A DNA stretch of 63,755 nucleotides, the filler included, from Octopus bimaculoides (taxonomy: Eukaryota): the NCBI RefSeq assembly GCF_001194135.2. It is 4 parts of 4 records of this genome, joined end to end, with 100 filler letters (N's around TTAATTAATTAA, not from the genome) between each part and the next. Parts side by side here need not be neighbours in the genome. Positions count along the whole stretch, not along the records: positions 29,641 to 56,179 come from NC_068991.1; positions 56,280 to 62,477 come from NC_068984.1; positions 62,578 to 63,755 come from NC_068982.1; 1 more part is not named here. One strand, written 5' to 3'. Positions within the stretch are counted from its first letter, which is position 1, and each line of letters starts with the position of its first letter. This document shows positions 50,401 to 63,755 of this stretch, piece after piece. The translations under genes were made by a program, and so were the position numbers. Under the pieces are notes generated by a model that did no database searches, had not been told where the DNA came from, and saw only the letters and a list, made by a program, of their open reading frames with translations.

Positions 50401-52033
50401 GTTATGCTATTTGCAGACAAGTTAAAGGCTAGGGTTGTATTAGGTGATTGGTTCATGTTATTGATGTTGCTGTTATCATTATTGCCATTATTATTATTAC
50501 CTCCACTTTAGTAAAAGCAGAGGTATTGTTTTGAGTCGTGTTTGTTTGTTTGTCCAAGGACAAGATATCTCAAGAATTGCTGGATGGATTTGGATGAAAC
50601 TTTCAGGGATGTTTGGCCTTGTGAATGGCACAGTCTCATTAGATTTTGGTATCGATCTGGTACCAGACAAGGATTATGGATTATTTTTCCAATTTTTTTA
50701 CTTTACATGTTTACATAGTTCTTTTGTACACGCACACACATATACTCACACATTTTCAGCATTGAAACATTACCATCCCATTTCCATTGTACACACACAT
50801 ATACTCACACTTCAAACACCGTCTATTGGCTTTTTCACTCCTTCCTTCTTTATTCATCTATCATCCATTCCTTTCTCATTCATATGATGCTCTCGTTGCC
50901 ACTTCATTTCATCTTTCTCATTGTCATTACTTTCTCTCACTCCCTCTCAGTCATGGCTATTTCTCTCACTACTTCTCCTTCACTGTATTAGTATTTCATC
51001 TCCCCCCCCTTCACCTCTCACTCAATATATATATATATATATATATGGATTATTTTTCCGTTTGAGAGTGGTCGGGTTCATTTTTAGCATTCTCGTTTGT
51101 GAGAGCAATCCAGTTTATTTCAGATATCGTCATTTTAGAAATGATCACTGGCTAATCATTGAGAGGACATTGGTGTTGCCTTGGTGGAAGTTTGCGCTCT
51201 CTGAGTGGTCGTTATAATTGTTACTATTAGTAGTAGCATTGGTACTTGTAGCAGTATTATTGTTATTATTAGTAGTAGTAGTTGTGGTAATAGTATTAGT
51301 AATAGTAATATTTTCGGTAGTAGTAGTAGTAGTAGCATTGTTGTTAGTATTATTAATAGTTGTAGTAGAGGTATTAGTGGTTATAGTAGAGTTAGTATTG
51401 TTAGTATCAGTACTTCTATTAATATTAACATTGGCTTCAGCGGTGCATAAAGCTCCCTCAGAGGCGGGGATTATATTATCTAGGTTCAAGCTAGTTATAG
51501 TGTTAGGGCCAGGGGTATAGTTTATGCAGTGTTAGTGTTTTCATAGTATAGACTGTAGATAATTTAAGAACAATAATGTCTATGACTTGAAATACTTGTT
51601 ATGCCTTGGCGTTTGTTGTCCTCTTTCACAAATATAAATCTGCTGTATCAGAAACCTAAAATGGTTCCATAGCTCCTGTCTCAGTTACAAGCTTGGAGTC
51701 CTGACAATCTGTTGTAGCACTTACCTAGCATACATATTCATTTAGATCACCAGTGAACTAAACCCCCATATTCTGTATTATGTATATATTTATGTATGTA
51801 TGTCATTATTCAGTTTATTTCAAGATTTCTTGCCAATTGAGAAAGAACCAGTTTCTAACCTAGATCCAAGGTTCCTTCATTGGAAGTTCAACATCAACAA
51901 CAGGGTATTTATGTTTGTATGTATGTATGTATGTATGTATGTATGTATGTATATGTGCAGAATTGTATGTTTTGTTTTATGTCTGTATTCTCATGAATAT
52001 AGTTGCATATCTAAACAGGTTCATATATATTTA

Positions 52034-53420
52034 AATGATAAACTTCTGGAAAGTTTTACAGATTTTTACAGTTCCATTGATGGATTGGATCTGTAGTCTT
52101 CGAATTAGCTTTCTCCTTTCCAATTTTGAGAAGTCTAATTTCTCAAGATTGGTATTTAAGCAGTGTGTTACATATCCCAGAGCCCCAATAATTACAGGTA
52201 TAAACCTGAACTTGTAATCTGGATAGAGTAACTCCAGATTTCTCAATAGTTCAGCATAGGTGTTCTCCTTTTCACTGATCTTCAGCCTTAAATTAACATT
52301 CACTGGGCTGCTAATTTCCACAACTGCGCACAACTTCTCTTCCCTATCCCAAATCCTTATATCAGGTCTCTTGTGCTTACATTTTATTGAGGTCTTCACT
52401 GGTACATTCCGCCAGTATTCCTTTTTATTATGAGTGGCTATGGCTTCTACCATATTGTGGGTTCTTATTTCTTTGTCCTCAGGATTATCCTTCCAACGGA
52501 TTTCATTATAGAGTGTCCTGGCTACAACATCATGTCTCATTGGTACATAAAACCGTGATGACATTCTCGGACAATTGCTTATGGTGTAGGTGATATCTTC
52601 AGTGTCAACTCCACAAAGTCTGCATTGGTTGTCACATTTTAAGGCTTTTCCTGCATCTCCATCCCTTTTGTGCATCAGTTACTTGGTTGATATTTCCTGT
52701 TTCTAGATTGCAAACACATACCTTTCAAAATGAGAAGTAGTAATCTGGCTTTTGGTCCATGATAAACTGCTTTGATGATCGATGTTATTATCATCATGGA
52801 GCTTTCTACTAACATATCCATGCATAGTCTTCTGCTCATATAGGTTCATCCTTTCATTTGATGATACATTGCGGTAGAGTCATGCAACTTCTTTGGGCAT
52901 GTATTCTAGGTTATTAGACAAAGAGTGTTGCTCAAGGAGGTGCCTTCCAAGTCTTATGATGCTATCAGCCTCATGTATGCAAACTTGGTCAAAGGATGCA
53001 CTTCGACACTTGGTGGTTAAAAGATGTTGCCAAAGGGATATGATGCAATATTCAAAGGTATTTTGGATCGATGTTAAGCCTCTGTTGCCTTGTTTTTGTT
53101 TTAGGTAGAGGCAGTCTATGTCACAGTTTATGTGGAAATTATGTGTGCTTGTTAGTATTTTTCGGTGCTTGTTAGTATTTTTCGAGTTTTCACATTAATG
53201 GCTCAGATCTCATCAAGCATCCAATGAAGCAGCCTAAATGGTGCTATGTGTACTGGCACTGCAAACACATTGTGGGCCACTGTTTTATTGAATGCAGAGA
53301 GTTCTGAGGTCCAAATTTTCTTTATTCGGCTGTAATATTCTTTAGTGACACGTGTTTTATTACAGGTGTCATTGTAAGATATATTTTCATCCACCCCTAG
53401 ATACCTGTAACATTCTTCAT
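52034..53420 (-). mobile_element. 5'-truncated R4/Dong-like non-LTR retrotransposon (RT C-terminus, CCHC knuckle, REL endonuclease)
   Basis: YRYLGVDE..RIKKIWTSELSAFNK (RT thumb); CRLCG..ED..Y..S.C knuckle; MRHD; KRPDI.IWD..VVEIS..K; PVIIGALG. Stops and frameshifts lie between the ORF pieces. Confidence 0.85.
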
Positions 53421-53422
53421 CA

Positions 53423-53492
53423 TGCATGCATGCATGTATGTATGTATGTATGTATGTATGTATGTATGTATGTATGTATGTATGTATGTATG
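53423..53492. repeat. (CATG)n(TATG)n microsatellite
   Basis: Read directly. Confidence 0.9.
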
Positions 53493-53927
53493 TTTGTGCA
53501 TGTTTTTGCATCTCAATAGATGTATAAAAAAACAGTGTGAAATGCAAAATCAACAGTAAAAAAACATTCAACATATATAGTTTATATTATTATTATTATT
53601 ATTATTATATATTTATTTATTTATTTTTAATGCTTTCCTGCCAGTTGTTTATTGCACCAGTAGGTGCATTTCTACTTAGTTGCACATAATTATCGAGTGT
53701 TGTTTTTTAATAATGAGTAAGTTGGGTGGTGTGGGGAGTTGTTTATGCTACATGGAAATGTACTGCATTCTTTCACTCTTGTGTTTGGTGAAATATCAAA
53801 TTTTTTTCTCTAAAACTTATTTTCACAGAGACTCAAATAACTGAAGGAGGATAACATGACTAGGATGCAAGTGAGAATTTAAATTATAGAATATATGATG
53901 TGTGTATATGTGTGTGTGTGTATGTGT

Positions 53928-53973
<46 letters not shown>

Positions 53974-54169
53974 GGGGGTATTTGTGAAAGTGAAGAATGG
54001 AAATCAAAGAATTATTAATGTGTTGTGGCTATTACTCTATGAATATCTTGCTCTCTTTAGAATTACATGGATTATTAAGTAGTAGCCTTTAGACCATGGA
54101 AATAACTGTAATTAGAGCTGGGAACCTCTCCTTAGATAGATTCTATCATCCATCAGGTTCAAAGTTCCT

Positions 54170-55757
54170 TCATTTCTTTGACATCACTTCCAATTTAATT
54201 CGATTTGCAATCGCCTGCCTCATTGCTATTGCTTCATTCTTCACAGTATTTGACTCTTGTGAGACTTTATCTGGCTTCTGGGTCAGCAGAGAGCGGGCAA
54301 TTCGAGCAGATTTTGGCCGTTGCGGCTGATCTTTCTCTGCTTTCATCAGTTGCTTTTGCCGTTCATTCTTCTTCATTTCAATTAGTTTGTCTCTTTGTTG
54401 ACGTAGAAATTCTTGTCTTTTTTTCAAATTTTCTGGATTCAATTTAGTTGTAAAAGCCTGAAACAAAAGTAATTTGATTCAATTAAATTCATTCAGTCAA
54501 CTGTATCATTAATGGATTACAAATAATTAAAGCAAGATTTAATGATGTCACCACTAAGACACTGTCATACATGTGAAACAAGAGACATAATGAACATTTT
54601 AGTGTTTAAAGTTGAAATAAATATTGATTGCAAATTTTGTTAGAAGGCCAGCAATTTTGGGGGAGGGCATAAGTCGATTACATCAACCCCAGTCTTTCAC
54701 TGATACGTATTTTATCGACCCCAAAAAGATGAAAGGTAAATTCAACCTCAGGGGTATTTGAACTCAGAAGATACAGAGAGACAACATACCACTAAGCATT
54801 TTGCCTGATGTGCTAACAATTCTGCCAGCTCACAACCTTGAAAAAAAGTTGAAATAGATATTGGAAAATGTAATAACAATCTTTTGGGATTGATAAAAAT
54901 AAGCACTAGTTGAGGACTGGGGCCCATGTAATCGACTTGCCCCCTCCACTCATGTCAAAATTTGAAACCAATATTACAACCAGACTTTAATCCTATCTTT
55001 AAGAATTCCTAGTGAAGGCAATAACAAACCACCTCAGTTCAGCTTTCCTAATACTCAGCAAACTGTGTGTGTAAAACGGAGATGTATTCTTTCAAGTGAA
55101 AATTGATTTATTTATTAATCAAAATAACATGAAAACCCAGAGTCATTGATCTTAATCCCCTGTTCTATCTACTTTTCTAAAAGCACAATACAAGCCTGAG
55201 TGGGTCATGCTGAGTTAGATAAGTGTTGATATATACATATCACATCTATGAATTTGTATTGCTTAAAGGAAACTATTGTTTACCCTGTTTAGTCATTTTT
55301 ATACAACTAAATTATGAAAACAACATATTCAAGACATTCATGTAATAACATGGATTTTATCGAACTTTATATTTTTAGAAGTTCACTGTGTACCAAGATA
55401 CTCCTTACAGTGCAGCAATGTATCACAGTGTACCCCAGTGTACCACTGCTCTGGAAACTTACCTCTACTCAATGATACTCATATTACAAAGGTCAATATA
55501 TGTTATTTCAGTGTGATTTACAGATGAGAAGCGACATGAGTTTCAATGATTTTAATCAGAATATATGTGATAATATATAACTTACAGGCCCCCTCCCCCA
55601 AAATTTCAGGCCTTGTGCCTAGAGTAGAAAAGAATATATAACTTACAGATAAGGATTTATCACTGTCCATAGAAGACAGAGAGATGGCATCCTCAACAGA
55701 ACTTTCATCAGTTGTGTTTGTAAATGAAACAGTTTTAAGAGTAGATTTCTTCATTTG
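54170..55757 (-). CDS. CFAP36: Cilia- and flagella-associated protein 36 (CCDC104)-like, last two coding exons
   Basis: Exons 55757-55647 (QMKKSTLK..DKSLS, donor GTAAGT) and 54457-54170 (AFTTKLNPENLKKRQEFLRQQRDKLIEMKKNERQKQL..RPKSAR..IAMRQAIANRIKLEVMSKK*). The C-terminus resembles recalled CFAP36 (R..YLKQKRDKL.....LAEKLKEEVINK). Upstream exons lie beyond the segment end. Confidence 0.68.
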
Positions 55758-56179
55758 CTGCAAGAGAACATAAGGAGAAGACATTGTAAAGGACACACAC
55801 ACATGCATGCATATATATATACATATATATAATTATGTGTATTTCTTCTATCTTAATGAATAAAAATTCTTCTGATAGAATAAATGGGTTAATAGAAACC
55901 AATGTAGCAAAGAACACAAAATAACTGTGGTTTAGTTCCTGTTTTTCAGGCAGGAACTCCTTGAAATTTTGGGTATTTGAGTATATTTAAGAATTTAAGG
56001 AATGGAGAAAACGCATGTTATAATTGCATACTTTATTCCTACATATGTTTCAAAGGATTACAACCTGTGTGATCCATAGGGATCTTTGATATTAAAATTG
56101 TAACCTTCTCATCAGGGAAAGCATGGGAATCATCTTAAACGTAAGACATTATGACCGATTATGAAAACAATAGATGGAT

Positions 56180-56279
56180 NNNNNNNNNNNNNNNNNNNNN
56201 NNNNNNNNNNNNNNNNNNNNNNNTTAATTAATTAANNNNNNNNNNNNNNNNNNNNNNNNNNNNNNNNNNNNNNNNNNNN
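56180..56279. other. Artificial 100-nt spacer
   Basis: 44 N + TTAATTAATTAA + 44 N. Confidence 0.93.
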
Positions 56280-56318
<39 letters not shown>

Positions 56319-57521
56319 GTGTGTATCTCTGTTTGTCTGTCTGTCTCTCTCTCTCTCGCTCTCTATGTATATATGAAATTCGTAATAATTTTTAAGTGTA
56401 GCAATATTATACGAGCAGTTGCTTCAACCGCAAAAAAAACAAAAAAACAAAAACATACCCATATAGCAGAGAATTATTCTGTGACAGTTTTTGTCACGTT
56501 TTAATACATTTTTATCTAACCATCTGGGAAATTAAAATAAAATGCGAAATATCGGACATTATTTTCATTTAGATTTATCAATTCCCTCTAGTGAGACTTC
56601 TGCATTCTTTAGTAAACTTCGTTAATGAAACGTAAAATAATGACTTCTAGGCGGATCGTTTGTTTTATATACCTACACGTCAGCAGGAGCAAACCATGGA
56701 TACTTGAATGAAAAGCTGTAAAACCTTCTAAAATAATTTTTCCCACAAAATCGAAATAACCACAAAATAACTGCAATATTGAGAGCCAATCGAAGCCCAT
56801 GTTCCGCATAGTGTTACTAAAATCTTTGAATGGACCCCATAAAAGTAACAAATATTTGCTCAATGAATGCATTCACTCCGCTTGTCCCAAGCCACAAAGA
56901 GACTACAGTCTACAATCGCGATGTAAACAGAAAGTCCATAGAAATGTTGCAAAATTTACGACAGCGTAAAAACACAGCAATGTCTCACTGAATCACCAAG
57001 CGTCAGTGTGGAGGACTAATATGAGCGAAGCATATTCGAAGTTGCTGCCATGATGCAACATATTAGTCTAACACCCCACTGCCTTTTTATATTTAATTAA
57101 TTTTAATTAATTAAATTTTCAGGCTTTCCGTCTCTTCTTCCCAATATCTTGAAATCAGAATCAGTCATTTAGAAAACGTATTTGTTCATCACTACATGTT
57201 AAATTAATACCATGGCATTCTATATCAAGTATGCCGGAGCCATCTCGACACGAATATGCTGCTATTTATATAAGCGTTCAGTATTAATCATTAAGGTGTA
57301 AATCAGATTTTATGAATTTTTATTCTGGGAAATACTTAAAAGAACCGCTCGCTCTTAATCCCGAAGCACTTCTTTCTCTTCACTCTACGGAAACTTGTCA
57401 CTCAAGTTAAATCACTAACTCAGAACGCAAATTAACAAATTCTGTGCGAGTCAATGAAATAATCTTACTGTGGTCGCTACCAAAACACGTTTGATCATGT
57501 CTGCTATCTAGGAATGAGTAA

Positions 57522-57553
<32 letters not shown>

Positions 57554-57601
57554 TCTAGTCATCCAGGAACGTCTACAAGTCTTCTGTATGACTAGTTTGA
57601 A

Positions 57602-57658
<57 letters not shown>

Positions 57659-59292
57659 GAACCAACGATGATCAAAGTAAACACGTGCTTATTACTTTTT
57701 AAACTCTCGGTAAACTAATCCGTGAAAGGCATTCGTTGCGGGATTTTGTCACGGAGAAAAATTCCTCTCTAAAAACATTGTATGTCAGTTCAAGTTTCAA
57801 ATGACGCCAGCCTTCTGTTGTACTTGTTTCGGTGTGATTTCGTGTCCCCCATGCTAGATACTGCCTTGCATATTTGGAGCTCAAGTTAAACAAATATTTT
57901 CCGCCGTACTCTTGAAGCTTTGCCACCTGGAATTAATTTAGTATAAGCACACAAATCAGTGACAATTAATTTTTGGTACGTTCCTGCACACTATCGACTG
58001 TGAAGCATCGCAGCGGAATTTTGTTCCGAAGAAAAACTTCTCCCTGTGGTCCTTCTGTGTGAAAATATACATCGAACCTAGTAAGGGGATAAAATCATGC
58101 AGAAACACGAATCTGGTCGTTTGATGATGTCAGTTGCTCAGCACGGGTGCTACCTTGAGTTTCGTTTACGTCTAACAGTTCACCTAGCAATTCAACAAAT
58201 AGAGGACGATAAAAATATGTACCATATAGAAATATGTATAAATCTAGATAGGGTGAGTGTTGGGCATGGACTTGGCTGCAGTTTGTTGACTGAAACTAGT
58301 GGTAAAAATAATAAGCAATTGATATAATATACATTTCAAGCATTTCATATACACATTATATATCATACATTATTGAACAGAAAATAATTTTCGAGTTACC
58401 TTTCTTGATTTTTTTCTCCATCATTACTTCATCAAATACGATGAACTCTATGCTCCTTTACTAATGGCGTCATAAGAAGCGGAAACACGCTAGAGTTGTC
58501 CCCCGTATTTACTGAACTCATTTTGATAATATAAGTCATGAATAATTTTCCTTTTTTCCTAACTGCACAATTATTTCTAGTTAGGCCTATTTTTATTGCT
58601 TGCCTACATTAACACAAGCTTAACTGTATTTTATACACTAGCCTCACCGAAAATCAGAACAATACAATAGAGAATTTTATACACACAGAGGCACACACGC
58701 ACATACACGTGTGGTGTGTATTTCTGACTGTGAGTATGAATGTTTGTGCATTTATTCACATCTTTATATTAAACAGAATTGTGATTGTTCACTTTTCCAA
58801 AGAAGAATTACTGCTTTCTAATGGTGATGTTTAGATACGAAAATAAGGATTGCTGTTTTCAGTTTGTACAGATATGAGTTTGAACAGACAATTGTCCCTT
58901 AGTTACAGAATTAAACTTTCAGAACTCTGAGCCAACACGAATTACACGATGCAAGATATCTTGGTTAAAACAGAAGCTAATAAATAAGTTTGGATATTCT
59001 GTGAACTGCTTTGATATTCACTGAAAACTGACTTGAGTGAATGATGTCGGTTGATATGCTTTCTTTACATCATACATGAATAAATTTGAAGTTTTTGAAT
59101 GTAGCGGGGTACATTTTGTGATCCATATTAGTTTGCAGATCAATTAATATATCGATCTACTTTCTCTTTCACCCATTCATTCAATATTCCAAGCCATGAA
59201 ACATAACATTTTATATCTACAAAAATCCATAAAATTATTCAACCAAATAACCAGCTAACCAGACGTATGTAATATGAATATCCATACATGGT

Positions 59293-59371
<79 letters not shown>

Positions 59372-60413
59372 GTTTGTCTATCTGACTGTCAATATAAATA
59401 ACTCTCGATCGATCAATCGATCGCTCAGTTTACATAAATTGCATGTCTGTATGTCCTTGTTTCTATTATTTTTATACCCATCTATACACCACAAGTATAC
59501 CCAGTGATAAAACACACACACATACACATACACTAACTTTCTATTTTTCTTTGACTCTGTCTTTATTATTTCTCTCTCTCTCCCTCGCTTTCTGTATATA
59601 TGTTTATATACACATATACATACTTTGCATATGTGTGTGTGTGTGTGTGTGTGTCATGCGCGCGCGCTTGAGTGCGTATTATGTTCATATATACGACTGT
59701 AGGCTGGTCTGTATGTTTCTTTAATATCTAGTCATTCAGAAAATCATACAAATATGTGTAGGATGTTTCAATATTATTGCTACGGGCCAACAGATATCTA
59801 TAGAAATAAACATTGATGTGGGATCATACATTTCATAAAATAAATACGTTCATTACTTCTCCAGTTTGCTCTTGAAAACATAATTAAGGCCATACTGAAG
59901 TCTTACAGTCAAAATAAGAAATCTAAAATTTTTTGCCATAATTTTCCATTCATCGTTCGTAACACGAATATGTAAGAAAACATTTTATCCGGATAACCAT
60001 ATCTTAGAATGGTGTTTTTTTCTACACTCAGGTTATATTTCTCCTCAAGAATACCCAGAAACCCGTCAAGTAAGTCCTTCAGACTTGGTTACTAATTTTA
60101 CAGCAATGACAGGAAGGAAGTTGTGCAATTTTGGAGATGGATTTCTCGGCGGCGAATATCTTTAGTTTCCTTATAATTTAACATTTTATGTGTTTTTAGT
60201 CTGTGGAATACGATCATGCTGGCGCACTGCCTTGAATGTTTTAGTCGAACAAATCGACCTCAGTGTTTCTTTCTGAAGTTTGGTACATATTTCATCGATT
60301 ATTTTTGCCGAATTACTAAGTTGCAAAGACGTAGACAAGCCAACACCAGTTGTCAAGTAGTTTGTCGGATCAAACACAAAAGTCATGCGCACACACACAA
60401 ACACACGCACGCG

Positions 60414-60456
<43 letters not shown>

Positions 60457-60797
60457 TTGTTCACAATCTACCAAATCCACTCACAAAGATTTCGTCAGCC
60501 CAGGGTACTATAGCAGTAAAATACTTGCTTAAGGGGCTGCGCAGTGGAACTGAACCCGACGCCATGCACTTACAAACCAGCAACATCTTGTAAAAGAACA
60601 CAAATCTTCAAATAATTACATACTCACTTTAATAGAGACCAGGCTCCTATATTTTGAAGAAACTCATTTCTCATTTTTCTATGATGTAAGTGAAAGGAAG
60701 ATGCAAATTCATAAATGCACGCAAGTTCATACACAAATATTTCTATACATACACTAATATATATATATATATATACATATATATATGCATGTATATA

Positions 60798-60839
<42 letters not shown>

Positions 60840-61022
60840 GTTGAAATTTAAGGAAAAACAAAAGACGAAGACAAGTGTATGAACAACAAACAGGTGTATT
60901 AGTTTGACGCTCGGGAAAGTGAGAAAGTCTTTCAACAGAACGGTATAACGGTATAAAAGACAATAAACAGCGAGAAAGAGAACAAAAAAAACTTGTGGAT
61001 TTAGCGATCAAGCATGGTGGCT

Positions 61023-61053
<31 letters not shown>

Positions 61054-61534
61054 GTATGTATGTATATGTATTTATAAGTATTTGTATGTCTATGTACATT
61101 TATATATATATATATATATGAGTGTGTATATGTATATGCTGCATAAAATAACATATACAAAGGTAAAAGAAACTTATAAGAAAGGCCAAAATCTAAATGA
61201 TCAACACTAAAAAGCGTTAAGGAAGCCCTACACTACAGCTATCTCATTATCATAAAGTAAAGTGAGGAGCGTTAGGAAAGCGTCCATTAGTGCAGCGCGT
61301 TAAGAGATGAAGAAATTTGCCATTCATTGCTGTAGAAATATGGTCGGTGAGTTTTAAAGTCAGTAACACTTCAACAAGTACACTTCAGATCTTTGCTATC
61401 CATTCTTTCAGCTCTGTTTGAGATCTAAAAACTGTTACTTATCAAAGCTATGAACTAGTGATTTACAATTGAGACTTTACTTACTTAAAGACAGTTGCCT
61501 GTTCACCTCAGTTTCATGTTTTTTTTCTTCCTAA

Positions 61535-61586
<52 letters not shown>

Positions 61587-61736
61587 ATGCTAATGCTACT
61601 AGTTTTATTTTTATGTTTTCCCTTCTGTTTATTTCGTTTCCTTCTACTCTGACCCCGCCCCAAATATAAAAAGGAAGCTTGTTACTTCTACTACTACTAT
61701 AACAACAACAGTAGTGAGAGCAGAAAGTAGTAGTGG

Positions 61737-61968
61737 TAGAAGAAGAAGAAGAAGAAGAAGAAGAAGAAGAACTAGAAGAAGAAGAAGAAAAAGAAGGAAA
61801 AGAAGAAGAAAAAGAAGAAGAAGAACTAGAAGAAGAAGAAGAAGAAGAAGAAGAAGAAGAAGAAGAATAAGAANNNNNNNNNNNNNNNNNNNNNNNNNNN
61901 NNNNNNNNNNNNNNNNNNNNNNNNNNNNNNNNNNNNNNNNNNNNNNNNNNNNNNNNNNNNNNNNNNAG

Positions 61969-61999
<31 letters not shown>

Positions 62000-62094
62000 G
62001 TGATATAAACGAGGCATGCTTTTAGAGACCGAGATTATTATTCTCATTGTTGCTGTTGTTGTTGTAACCCTTTCTTTGTTGATATATCATTGTT

Positions 62095-62126
<32 letters not shown>

Positions 62127-62288
62127 CGTTGTTATTGTCTCTGCCACTCTCATTGATTTGCAAATATCTTCTTTTTGACATCTGAAGACTTCNNNNNNNN
62201 NNAAGAAGAAGAAGAAGAAGAAGAAGAAGAAGAATAAGAAAAAGAAGAAGAAAAAGAACTAGAAGAAGAAGAAGAAGAAGAAGAAGAA
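61737..62288. repeat. (AGA)n trinucleotide tracts broken by gaps; (TAC)n at 61535-61585 and (GTT)n nearby
   Basis: Read directly. Confidence 0.9.
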
Positions 62289-62385
62289 GTGTGATATAAA
62301 CGAGGCATGCTTTTAGAGACCGAGATTATTATTCTCATTGTTGCTGTTGTTGTTGTAACCCTTTCTTTGTTGATATATCATTGTT

Positions 62386-62417
<32 letters not shown>

Positions 62418-62477
62418 CGTTGTTATTGTCTCTGCCACTCTCATTGATTTGCAAATATCTTCTTTTTGACATCTGAA

Positions 62478-62577
62478 NNNNNNNNNNNNNNNNNNNNNNN
62501 NNNNNNNNNNNNNNNNNNNNNTTAATTAATTAANNNNNNNNNNNNNNNNNNNNNNNNNNNNNNNNNNNNNNNNNNNN
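62478..62577. other. Artificial 100-nt spacer
   Basis: 44 N + TTAATTAATTAA + 44 N. Confidence 0.93.
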
Positions 62578-63235
62578 ATATATATATATATATAGCTATT
62601 AAATTTGTTAATGTGAAACATTTTGAATATGCAAATAATGCTCCTATTTCATCATGCCATCCACTTTCTAATGCTGGTGACTTGGGAATCAGTTTTTCGC
62701 AGTTTTTTGGCGTTGCATTGAGCTGGACTGATATAATGTAAGATCAATATAACAATAATAACAATAATCCATACGGAAAAGTAATGATTGTTGCCACATG
62801 AACATCGCTGTTCCGTAAGGAACAATGTTACTACCCATTTTTAGCCCCAGGAGGGCACCTCCTCCAGCTGGTTAACAAGACGTGTGACCGATATATTTTC
62901 AGTAGAGTTATTAGTTACACCGTTTATAGAGATTTTAGAACTATCTAGATCACCAGTTGAATGTCGTTTATTTATTTATATATTGCGAATTGGGACGAAC
63001 GACTGTTATGTTTAGCAGACAGGTGTCAAATGCAGAGGAAAGGTAGAACCCAGGAACCAGTTCTGGTCTACTCTGGTCCTGTCACCGCTGGATGGAAGGG
63101 GAGGGGATCGCTTCTCTGCTCACGATATATCGGACACAGGTTAAACAGCTAGAGGAAGTGTCCACCTGGGGTTAAAAAAGAGTAGTAACATTGTTTCCTG
63201 CGGAACAGCCATGTGCCATGTTGACGTGACAACAA

Positions 63236-63755
63236 ACATTACTTCATATTCTCAAGTTTCACTGGTACTACTCCCGAACTATACCTTCGTTATATTGACG
63301 ACTCTATGGTGCCACCTCACTCTCCTGCGAACATCTTGACTCGTTCCTCTCTTTTGTCCAATCCTTCCATCCTGCCCTCCACTTCTCCTGTACTATCTCT
63401 GACATCTTTGTCCCCTTTCTTGACATTTCGATCAGCATCCATCACTCCACTCTTAGCACTTCCATCCGCTACAAACACACAGACTCACACTCTTATCTTA
63501 ACTTCTCCTCCTCCCACCCTAAACACACCAAGCTTTCCATCCCCTATTCCCAATTCCTCCGTCTACGCAGGCTCTGTAGTGACAGCCATGACTTTGAGAC
63601 TCAGTCTCAACTCATGGCTCGCCAATTTAGCCTACGTGGATATCCCCCCACCACCATCCACACCGCCCTTGCCAGAGCACGTTTCGTGGACCGTGCATCT
63701 GCTCTCTCCCCCCGAACTCGCCCTGCCGTCTCCCACCTCCTTTTTCCCCTCACCT
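63236..63755 (+). mobile_element. Penelope-like element reverse transcriptase fragment (runs off window end)
   Basis: PELYLRYIDD (YIDD at 63291), a one-base frameshift, then PFLDISI..YKHTDSHSYL..SSHPKHTKLSIPYSQFLRLRRLCS..F..RGYP, typical of a PLE RT thumb. Confidence 0.85.

Noticed and set aside
61966-62477. About 220-bp direct duplication (61966-62192 and 62203-62477)
   Set aside because: The copies flank small gaps and differ only by one homopolymer base. Most likely a gap-edge or haplotype assembly artefact.

Overview
AT-rich eukaryotic genomic DNA. The repeat landscape is characteristic of a coleoid cephalopod, most likely Octopus (inference). The window is not one continuous locus: three identical 100-nt artificial spacers (44 N + TTAATTAATTAA + 44 N) split it into 1-29540, 29641-56179, 56280-62477 and 62578-63755. 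Three spliced genes could be reconstructed by hand. (1) A complete 7-exon ERI3-type DEDDh 3'-5' exoribonuclease (+, 11633-23378, 230 aa). (2) The first three coding exons of a calpain-family gene (-, 43654 to 30158, cut off by the segment end), whose catalytic Cys is replaced by Ser (QGQLGDSW). (3) The last two exons of a CFAP36/CCDC104-like gene (-, 55757 to 54170). The rest is transposon-derived: at least three SINE families, RTE, R4/Dong-like (REL endonuclease) and Penelope retroelement fragments, several foldback MITEs, a putative solo LTR, and micro/minisatellites. The most interesting items are the pseudo-calpain, a Merlin-like MITE (8-bp TSD) carrying outward-facing TTAGGG arrays just upstream of ERI3, a palindromic tRNA-like element with a minimal hammerhead ribozyme downstream of ERI3, and a REL-LINE family associated with (CATA)n microsatellites. 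All family assignments rest on recalled motifs, not database searches; repeat boundaries are approximate unless stated to the base.
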